Origin: Lingula anatina
Lineage: Eukaryota; Animalia; Brachiopoda
Reading direction: 5' to 3'
Assembly (NCBI GenBank): GCA_051362555.1
Contig: CM120640.1
Coordinates: 49,268,788-49,332,787, forward strand
Length of the DNA stretch: 64,000 nt
Part shown: piece by piece, positions 11,354 through 21,150 of the stretch
How positions within the stretch are numbered: the stretch's first letter is position 1
Layout of the letters: every line of letters starts with the position of its first letter
The notes under the pieces: generated by a model
What the model saw: only the letters and a program-made list of their open reading frames with translations
The model's database searches: none
What the model was told of the DNA's origin: nothing
Program-made: the position numbers and the translations under genes

Positions 11354-14300
11354 GGGTACCTGGATTTATAACATATTTGCCATCATTTCATTTACTTAAT
11401 GGAGATCTCAGGTTCATAATGTTCTCACCTGGCACAAAATTCTATCTTGCAGGCAGATATAACCATTACATGTTAAAATTGTGAAGTGTAGATCATTTTT
11501 TGCCTGATTCGAAAAAGATAACTGTTTATCTTCTAACTTGCTCATCTTTCTCATAAGTTTTTGAGCAAAAGCACTTCTACACATTATTCTACACATTAAA
11601 CGTATTATTTAGTATCAAACATTTGTGGAGCCCTGGTGAGTAGAGTGCACAGGTTTGTTATACTCTATCCCACAGTACTTCCCGGTAAAACAATGCCCAC
11701 TGACTGGCCTCCAGCTTTATTTTGCCCACTGGGCATTTGTCTACGTTTCTCAAACATCTGCTCATCTGTGTTGGATGAATGATTCCGTTCACTTTTGAAT
11801 GTGCTTTGTGCACTTGTGCTGCAGAGACTGAACAGTGGGAGGAAATGTGGCAAAAAAGAGAAACCCTAAAAATCGATCTGAAAGGTCGTGTTACTTAGGT
11901 GGACGAACGTTACCTTGATGAAATCGCAAAATCTCGGGTGACTGGATTTCAAAAACTGGCCATTTGAATGACTAAAAGGTTGATCAAATGTATCTGGTTG
12001 GTTTTTCTCAAAGAGAAGTGACCTTTAACTATATGGAAAAATAAGCCCCATAGCCTTTAAGTACATCTAAAAGAAATATCCAGGACTTCCTATCCCATTA
12101 CACGTAACATTTTCTGTGCAACTGGGCTTCGGTTTCAGAGGGCCACCGGCAGTTCTTTCAGCTTACACCCTATTCAGAAAATCGATGCTTATCTAGTTTT
12201 TGATTTGGAATAGTTAAACAACTGCAAAAGAATAAGTGTCTGTGATCACAACAGGGAAACTGAAGCGCCGCGCTGAGGGATCAATCTTTCCGTATTATCC
12301 ACAATTTGCATAGTACGCTCCTCGAGGTTAGGATGTGCAATGTTTGCAGCCGAGTTAATACTGTGTATAATGTTGTTTTACCTAACGCAGTTTAACATCG
12401 AATTGTGTGCGGTATCGACCTTTTCCGTTTGCATTAAATCTGAGGCTATTTTGCTGTTCAAACCCCGTGCTGTGATTTAGTGAGCATCACCAGGCTTTTG
12501 TTATTTCTTTCAGTGTAAATATTAGCAAGTCAAATCTTGAGTACTTCTATCCACAGAGATACCAGGAAGGCGAAAGGCAAATTGACAAACAATAATTGTT
12601 CGTACACGGTCGATCTTTGATACAAGATTTGAATACCAGGGGATATGACCGTTTTACATATTCGAATCGAAAAGTGACAGAAATAGATATGCGAAGGCGA
12701 TAACTATGACTATCATTGAAAAAATATAAATTTAGTTTTCAAGACAAAAAGAAATTGACACATTAAGGATGCTATAACCAAGGGTTAGTCCGTCATAACC
12801 ATATAATATCAATACTTTCTCACGCAGCTAACTTACTAGCAGTTAAAATTCGCACCTTCTAATAATAGGTATTAAAAAGTCGATCTTCGTTCTTTGTTTC
12901 GCAAAAGAAACCCTCCTTTCCTACGTCTTTAAGTACATTTATTTGCAGTAAACATTTTGAAAGGTGAATTGAATTGAGCGATAATCAATGAAAGCGTTCG
13001 AGTGGTGATTCTCCGAGGTGGCAAACTGTTGTTTTCGGAACATCGATAAGGTTTGGCCACAGAAAGGTAATTGAAAAGGTTGACTCAGACGAACGTTCGG
13101 TCACTTCCGCCTGTTACGTCATCTTCAAAGTGCGAACTCAGGTGTTTATGAAGTGCGGGAGCAGTTCATGAAATCTTTAAGAAATCGTGCCAAAATGGCG
13201 CACCAAGGTTCATTAACCTCTGCCTCGGCCTACAGGCATCTTTCCTCGCCTTCAAAAGCTACATATCGATTATCGGATTTTCTGTTATTACCGATTGCAT
13301 AATGTTCCACTGTCTGGACGACTGGGCCCTCTTGTGGACATGCACCTGTTCTTTTTAGACAGTCAACACAGCCCAGATTTACATGTAGACAATCAATCAT
13401 TCAAAGGTGGCCCGCCCACCGCCAGGGCACGTCAAAATAACAATTGCACCGAAAAACTCTCTAGCAGCCTTGTTTGGCTGTTAGGGTAAGCAGTTGCTTG
13501 CGTTTTCGTGTCAATAGACCGTGGACGGTGTTCGGCAGAGATTTTTAAGGGGGTTAGTTGGGAAAGTAGGTGATCGTAAATGAAAAAGCCGTATTGTCTA
13601 TGAGACCCTTTTAGACCATTTTTACCATCCTTCAATGATTACCACGGAAAATGAAAACCCCACACAAAATGCTTTTGAATGAAAGAGTAAAGGTTATTTG
13701 GCTATTATGCACTGTGTAATGATGTAAACTCTCTAATTTCAACGAATAAAGACAAGACAATCATTTGGTATTAAGTTTGGGACAAAACGCTTTTCCTGAA
13801 TATAGCAAATATTTATTTCGTAGAAAATTCTGAAATGGTGAAAGTTTCCTAACTGAGAAAGGGCATTGGAAGTCGACAAAAATCGAACATAATATGATAT
13901 AATGTACTAAATATATAACATGATATAGTAATAACGCTGCTTTTATCACGACTCTTTTTTCCTTTTGATCAAACAGAGGAAAGACACCCGAATTTACTTA
14001 ATCTTATTACCTTTATATAACTGTTCGTTCTAATAATACGGCACAACAGCTGACATAGAACCGCAACCCTGATGCAACGAAGCTTCAATGGAAATAAGCC
14101 AAATAGAATTGTCGGCTGCAGTAATTGGTTGTCGACTGGGTTAAAACGGTATTTTGGAAGAGTCTGATGAAAGTGTGCCAAACTGGTATTGACAAATTTT
14201 GTGATCTGTGCCATTTAGGCATCTCGATGTCATTTTTTTTTGTATTGTTTTATTTCTTTATTTCCTGTTTGTTTATTTATCATTTCTGTTGTGCGAGAAA

Positions 14301-14664
14301 TAACGTAGGATTCTCTTCTGAATTTGACATACATTTAACTAGATACAAGAATTTCGTGCATTGCAAAGTACTGATGTTTCTGCTCCACCTAAAGTTAAAA
14401 GTCCAATTAAGTCTCACTCTTGTAAATTTGATTAAAAGAAGGAGAAAAATATCTATGTTGTCTTTGTAGAATTTCTGGAAAAGCTTCCTCGTCTGGTGCT
14501 ACCTTGCATTAATGCGCAATCGATAGCACAATAAGTAAAAACACAAGCAAATTGATAAGGAGATCATGGGGAAACAAGATGCATGGGGACCCAATCTAAA
14601 TCGACCGTTTTCCCACAATTTGGCTTTCCATTTCATCTAGATGCAGCCTTTGTATTGGGCTCTC

Positions 14665-15420
14665 CCTCATCCCGATATTACTCTATTAAGATTCAAAATG
14701 ATGAACATTGATTTTAGCTGATGCTAGATTACATTTCTTTAGTTACTTCTTTACAGAGGGTTGCCAACAGTCTGATCAAAAGATCTGTCGTTGAATATAC
14801 TCGGATTATCAATAGAAAACATTCATACGAGATTAAGCTGTTTTAACAAGGGACAGCGCACAAATAACGTGTACAACCTGAGGGCAAATATCATGGGGAA
14901 CAGCGATGATCTGCTGAAAAACAGTATCGACCGGCACCCTCCATTTCAGTCTCTCTCCCGATTGTCTCACAAAGGAATTTACATCGAAATGGATTTTGTA
15001 GCTTCACAAAAAAGTCGTACAATGGTAGAATTTTCCCATACATTAGGCACCACTGACCTCACTGGGCGTAACTGAAATGGAAAAACGATTGGAAAGTATA
15101 GCCACCCAGCCCTGTATCCGGCCTCAACAAAGTATCCGCGATTGAAAACATAATGATAATGGAATATTGGAATAAGTTTGTTCTTTTCCTTCACCATGTG
15201 CATCTGGCCAGTTAACCTGCAAGCGCATTAGAATGAATTCACCGCATTTTGATTGGTATACAAAAGGCAAAGTTAGAATCAGAAGTCAAGGCTTTTAATA
15301 CTGAATAATATTTGGGTCCCGCATCCATTACCTTGTAAACTAGCATGATGGGAATGATTTCTGTCTACCATTTAATATTTAAAATTCAGACACATACTAG
15401 CAACATTTGGAGGACCCCAT
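14665..15420 (+). pseudogene. Decayed GT32 (DXD sugar-binding, A4GNT/Gb3-synthase-like) glycosyltransferase
   Basis: Motifs appear in the expected order across frames: IPILLY, RLHFFSY, IYSDY, NIMGN..SID, KGIYIEMDFVA (GGIYLDxD with ExD, 14971-15003), FSHTLG, NG..IG, WN, FDWY, TFG. Many stops and frameshifts. Recognised by eye only. Confidence 0.6.
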
Positions 15421-18400
15421 GCAGAGGTAAATACCTGAACTTTGTCAAATCGGCAACATGAGACATTGATTCGACGAGCAGTTTGGTCTTTTTTCTTTCT
15501 TTACGTTTTTTTTTTCATTGATTGTCAACATTTTTTTCGAATTTTTATAGTTTTTTATTCTATTTTTATTCATTTTTCGTGTCAGATTTTACTGCAATAA
15601 CGAATAAAGTGGAAGAAGTCTAGAAAAAAGCAAAACATAAATCAGAATAAAGTTGTTGCTATATGAATAACAGTTTTTCTTTTAAGCTTCAAACGCACTC
15701 GTAAAAAAAATATATGATCATATGTTCACTCAAAAGAACTTCTCTTATGGCAAGAAATACTTTGAGTTACAAATATTTGACATTTTTAATGTCTTGTTTT
15801 GTACCAAATATATGGGATTTGCATGAAATCAGCTAACCCCATAGTGAGGAAAAGAATGTGTTCAACCCACCCATTGCACGTTAAGAAGCTTCTTTTCTAA
15901 ACTTACCTCCTGTGTCGTTTCATGCAAGCGAGTTAGTCTTTAAAACATTTTATCAGTATTTCTTTAAATGGGGGGCAAAATGCAATATATACACTAAGGT
16001 GTTGAAGTATACCTAATGGTTATCTAACAACAGAAATATATCTGTACTGATGTTACAACCAAAATCTGTGGCATTCTGTCAGGAATAATATATAATCACC
16101 TTTTCTGCATGGTTCTCGAAAACGCAACCTGCGGTATGAGGTGACCAAATGAGTGCATCGGCGCCTGCTTTAAACTGTTAACACAGCCATAGGTAGATCA
16201 CAACACTCTTGATGTAAGTGAACAGGTAAGGGTCAAGACCAGTGGAGTAAACAAGTAACAACTCAAGGCTATGATATCTGAATATTATACGTGTTATTTG
16301 CTATTTGATACGTTACCCTGCTAATCCTGATCGTGATTTGCGCACTGAACTAATGCACTGAGCGCTAAGGTACATTTAAATTGACTGACTTGAAGACGTT
16401 CAACTTCCTGATTGGCATTAAAATTCATTACGTGTACAGATAAGGGCATGTTTGGGGATTAGGATATGCGTTTTACCGGAGCGGATAATTTATCGTGGCA
16501 ATCGCACTACACTTCGAAAAGTCTTTGTGTAATTACATTACGAGTGGGTGACATAATCGAATTTGCGCAAGTAAGCTATGACTATCGAATGCTGCATCTC
16601 AAGTATTTGGATGTGCCATGTACAAAAGGGATTTTGTTTACAGTCTTCGCCGATCCTAGGAGCAACTATCCAGATCTGATCACTGTTAGAGCATGCGCTT
16701 GGAATCTAACAAGATTAAGGTAGATTCACCCACTGAAAGTACGTTTATCCCCCTGACTTTTACAAGTGTTTTTGTCAAAATTATTGGTGTAGATATTAAA
16801 ATAAACATTCATATACGATTGTCTTGCATTAATGGGTTATATGAAAACAGATTTAAGCGCTACTCTCATTTGGTATTAGCAAGGATTCTAAATAAAGTAC
16901 AAACCCCAGGAATTTCCATTACTTAACGACTGCCATCCGATCGTTTGATGCCGGATCGAATGTATATTGTACGTGGAAGTTAAGAAAGATGAAAAGCTAG
17001 TCTTACATGGTTTTCTAACGTCCTTAAATGCATGGTTATTTGTCAGACAAGTTGTCGTGTAGGCCTATTGCCATGGATAAAGGATATTCTGATGATAAAT
17101 TTGCATAAGTCATTCACATTTCTTTTTATAAAGTTAGAACTGCCATCCCTTACCCAACCAATAACCGATCTTTGCACTCTGCAGGTGTGAATTTTAGAGC
17201 CATTTTATTCCTTTAGGCCAAGAAAGAAAAAAGGGCTGTGCTCCTTATTTTGAAAATCATTAATGTCAAACAGCAATCGAATGCCCTCAATTGCACTTAT
17301 CGAAGAATTGATGCAATTCGTTTTTTTTTCAGCACAGAAGCCGGCTTTTTGTATTTTGCTGACCCGCGAGAGTGTTGTAGAAATTATGTTTACCTAGCAG
17401 CCAGGACCCAGCTACACCCTATTTTGAAGGGCAAGGGTTATTAGATACAGAGATTTCTCGGTTCACTACTGCTGGATTAATGTATGCTTCAAGGTATGCC
17501 TCTCAAGAACACAGCGAAGGGAAAATCTTCACCTGAATGGAGTCTGAAGGATTTAGTATCAGTTTATATTAACAGTTTGGGGTTTTGCACGAAACTCAGC
17601 TGTTAGCCAGATTCACCTGGTTAAGCCAATGAGATCTATCTCTTTGGTTTAGCCTACTGCATATGAGGCCCACGTAGTCTCTTCTAAAGGATGAAATCAT
17701 TGAAATATCCATCTATTAATATCAACTGATTATCAATATTTACATAATCTTTTGAATGAAATAAAAAAAGAGAAAAAAAAGAAATGAAAAAATATAAATG
17801 ACATCACCCTTCCCTGCCAGAATAGTTTTCTGCAGCAAGTCAGGTATGTTTGGCTGTATGCATCTGTGTACATGGACTGCAGAACGTAGGTTCATGTGAA
17901 AAGTCCATTTTAAGTTTCAGTAGCATTCGTTTAATTAAAAGCTCTACACTGATAACCCTCTTCATGCGTACATCTCCGAAAAGTAAACAACAACCATAAG
18001 TTACTTAATATTTGCACATATAACACGGTCTTTAACTAACACTAGTCATACAAATGTAAGACTACAAGATCCAACAAAATTAATTTCAGCAGCTTTTTGA
18101 GAACTTATTATTGTTACAAATATCTTCAAACATAGATTACTCTACGGGGAATCTTAAACAACATTTCCCCCGACTTATGAACTTAGAAAGCCCATCATAT
18201 AATGAATCTCATGTCTAAAAAGTCCCGAATCATTTTTACACATACATGTATGCCATCGAAGAAGAAGACACCACCAATTTACGCTAGCTTAAATAAATGG
18301 TGTTCTTGACAAAGATAAGAATTTGACTATTCTATGGTACACAGGCAGTGGGCCAAAGGTTACAAATATGACGAATAAGAACGAGATCAAGTTTAAGTTG

Positions 18401-18444
18401 TGTGGTATCCTGAAAAATGTCCAGTCGAAAATAATGATGGAAAA

Positions 18445-18479
<35 letters not shown>

Positions 18480-18545
18480 CATCCAAACAATCAAACAAAA
18501 ATACAAGCAAATAAACAAATAAATAAAAACAAATGATTAAATAAA
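18445..18545. repeat. (TAAA)n/(CAAA)n microsatellite in the probable 5-HT7 3' UTR
   Basis: Read directly. Confidence 0.85.
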
Positions 18546-19120
18546 TACTTTACCAGCAGATGCACTTAAAATCCACAATCTTTTGAAAATGTTTCCCTTA
18601 GTAAAGCTGCAATTTTAAAAACGCAACGACTGATACCTTGTACTTAAACGAATAACAACTCTTCATATGAGATTCAAAATTACACAATAAATGCATTGTA
18701 AACAACATACAGAAATATAATAAATTCTATTGCACCACCAAAACTGCGGTTATCCAAATTATTCTGAAATCTGTGCTTGTCATCGGACCAAATGGCTCTT
18801 CATAGATGACTCTTCTCTGTAATAATCTCTTAAGAGATTATTACAAAAAAACACTTTAAAAAACAATCGACTAACTTTAATTGTCGGAACGGACTCATTA
18901 ACCATTGAGAATTTTGGGAAAAATCGTCTTTTACCCCAGGAAAATTCGGCACTTTCCCCACTAAAATGAAGAGTTGTTATCCCTTTAACCGATATTTGAT
19001 AGATCATTCTATTGATATACTTTTCAGTTAGGATTCCAGCGCTACAAAGAAGAATGATTTCTCTTTTATGAATTAGAAAGGAGTAACAAGAAGCAGATAG
19101 ATGTTCAACGACGAAAAATA

Positions 19121-19343
19121 AAAATAACTACTTGACAGATTGCACACTGTCTTGTATAACAACTAAAGAATATTTCCAAAAACCTATTCTTAACTTTAAA
19201 GTAACGTATGTAAACACAAAAAGGGGGTGGGGGGCAGCTGGACAGACAGACAGACAGATAGACAGACAGACAAACAGACAGACATATATGATAGCCCCAT
19301 CCAAGCTTATCGGTGTTAGAAAGAGCCAGGAACAGGGGCTAAA
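19121..19343 (-). mobile_element. Short Helentron-associated (HINE/DINE-like) non-autonomous element
   Basis: On -: T-rich start, tagcccc...ggggcta subterminal inverted pair, (GTCT)n microsatellite (19241-19284), 3' stem-loop gacag-N8-ctgtc, then tagttattttt. Confidence 0.45.
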
Positions 19344-19374
19344 GCTAAAGGGACCAAATGTTGCATTGCAATGT

Positions 19375-20940
19375 TCAGAGTTTCGATTCTTCTGTTTGTT
19401 CTGTTGGATGTTCTTGTGTTCCGCCGTTGGTGTATTTCACCACTGACGGATGTCCTTTATCGTTTAATTTCACTACAGTGGCCGCTGAGGTTCCGCCCGC
19501 AAGTCTTGGGCTATGTTGTATCGATAATCTATGAACGGAATGAGCATGAGAGTGAAACCCTTCCGGGCTCCCGTATTGTTGTACATAGCTCTCAGAACGA
19601 ACGCGTGTGTTGATATTTTTACACCTAAAACATAAAATCTCCTTGAAGGGCGTCCTGAATTCTTTGTTAAACCTGGCGTAAATGACTGGATTAAAGAAAG
19701 AGTTGGCGTATCCAAGCCAAGTGAGAAGTGATGTCACCCAATTGGGTATAAAACACGAATCTCCACAGAAAGGCCGAACGAGAGCTAATATAAAAAATGG
19801 AAGCCAACACAATGTAAAACCACCCATAATAACTCCCAGCGTCTTTGTCGCTTTGCTCTCTCTATGATGAGATTTTATCCTTCGGAATCGACAAGGACAT
19901 TTCTTAAGAAATTTCCAAGGTCTATGTGACTTCGACTTCGACTGAACTTTGGCATTTATGTGATGCTGTATTTGTTTGTAAGTGTCCTCGTTGTTTTTCA
20001 CCTTGAGCGTCAGGTCCCCATTGGGTGTCGTGGTTGGCCAGTTATGGTTTTCCTCATTCGATAACTTAGGTCTTAGTAAGGCCTCCTGTCCCAAAATTGA
20101 ACTGGTGGCAGCGGAACGGTGGTCCGCTTCCGCAAGCCGTAGAGATACCATGTATATTTTAAAGTACACTATGATCATAACTGACAGCGGTAAGTAGAAG
20201 GCACCAAGAGTTGCATAGATCTGGTAAAATATGGACTGATTTATGATACATTGTCCATCTGTCCCGCGTTCGTTTGTTTTCCTGAAACCGAACAGAGGAA
20301 CGATGCTGATGAGAGCGGAGGCGATCCAGACCATGCTGACCATGATGGCCATACGCTTTGGTGTCCTTTTCATGGCATACTGAAGTGGTCTAGTAATGGC
20401 AAAGTAGCGATCAACACTAATCATACATAGATTAAGTATGGAAGCCGTACACAGTAGTACATCTAGTGATGTCCACATATCACAAATTTGATGTCCTAAC
20501 GTCCACCTTCCCTGGAGCTCATAAAGTGCCGATAACGGCATGACTAGAAGAGCTACCAAGAGGTCCGACACGGCAAGAGAAACAATGAGCAAATTTGACG
20601 GAGTCCGTAGTCGTCTGACCAGCCCCACGGCCATACAGACCAGTATGTTCCCTACCGCTGTCCCTATGATCAGGGCAGCAAAGCAAAGAGAGATAAGAAC
20701 GGCTTGCCACACCGGGTAGTTCAGTAACGGGACTGGCATTGTGCTGTTCGTTGAGTTACTCTCAGTCGCAGTGTAGGAATAATTATGCCTTGTATCATTG
20801 TATGTTATGTATTGCAGCAATTCTCCTTCAACGTCAGTGGTGAGACTGATAATCGTTTCCACTTCATCATTGTACGGAGTTGAGTTATGGTAGAGCAAAG
20901 GAGTTCCATTCACCGGACCTAAGCCTTCTGGTGGCATCAT
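19375..20940 (-). CDS. HTR7: Serotonin receptor, 5-HT7 type (class A aminergic GPCR), 521 aa, uninterrupted CDS
   Basis: 7TM with GN (TM1), LAVSD (TM2), DVLLCTASILNLC.ISVDRY (TM3 with D3.32), YAMKRTPKRM, YQIYATLGAFYLP (TM5), KATKTLG..FTLCWLPFF (TM6), WLGYANSFFNPVIY (TM7). The EFRTPFKEILCFRC..N...R...Y.QYG tail is typical of invertebrate 5-HT7. The N-terminus is rich in N-glycosylation sequons. Confidence 0.93.
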   Translation of the reverse strand: MMPPEGLGPVNGTPLLYHNSTPYNDEVETIISLTTDVEGELLQYITYNDTRHNYSYTATESNSTNSTMPVPLLNYPVWQAVLISLCFAALIIGTAVGNILVCMAVGLVRRLRTPSNLLIVSLAVSDLLVALLVMPLSALYELQGRWTLGHQICDMWTSLDVLLCTASILNLCMISVDRYFAITRPLQYAMKRTPKRMAIMVSMVWIASALISIVPLFGFRKTNERGTDGQCIINQSIFYQIYATLGAFYLPLSVMIIVYFKIYMVSLRLAEADHRSAATSSILGQEALLRPKLSNEENHNWPTTTPNGDLTLKVKNNEDTYKQIQHHINAKVQSKSKSHRPWKFLKKCPCRFRRIKSHHRESKATKTLGVIMGGFTLCWLPFFILALVRPFCGDSCFIPNWVTSLLTWLGYANSFFNPVIYARFNKEFRTPFKEILCFRCKNINTRVRSESYVQQYGSPEGFHSHAHSVHRLSIQHSPRLAGGTSAATVVKLNDKGHPSVVKYTNGGTQEHPTEQTEESKL

Positions 20941-20959
20941 TAAATAAAATCACGACGTT

Positions 20960-20971
20960 TCAGACGTCCAT
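20960..20971 (-). other. uORF2 (MDV*) ending 19 nt before the 5-HT7 start
   Basis: gagttATGGacgtcTGA, with G at -3 and G at +4 (strong Kozak context). Confidence 0.55.
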
Positions 20972-21046
20972 AACTCCTTGAGGTGACAACTTTCCACAGG
21001 CAATGTTGTCAGATCGATTGTCAAGCTCACGCGCAGACAACCCAGT

Positions 21047-21118
21047 TTATCGACCTGTGGGTGCAAGCAAGGGCGGGCTGGTTTTGCACGATTCTGTAGC
21101 CCTCTCTGCCCCTACCAT
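21047..21118 (-). other. uORF1 in the 5-HT7 5' UTR (23 aa, MVGAERATESCKTSPPLLAPTGR)
   Basis: ATG with G at +4 running to TAA, inside the predicted exon. Confidence 0.55.
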
Positions 21119-21131
21119 GGATTTACGCTAT

Positions 21132-21150
21132 CTGAAATGGAAAACACAGC
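21132..21150 (-). promoter_or_regulatory. Splice acceptor of the 5-HT7 coding exon (exon starts at 21131, 191 nt of 5' UTR)
   Basis: On -: gctgtgttttccatttcag|atagcg, a polypyrimidine tract plus CAG. Confidence 0.65.

Noticed and set aside
19132-20710. Overlapping or antisense ORFs within the GPCR
   Set aside because: Shadow frames of a real CDS or of the microsatellite.
657-20940. Functional coupling of SLC17 and 5-HT7, or a prokaryote-style system (CRISPR, operon)
   Set aside because: The DNA is spliceosomal eukaryotic sequence with no repeat-spacer array. SLC17 is not the monoamine transporter family, and adjacency alone is no evidence.
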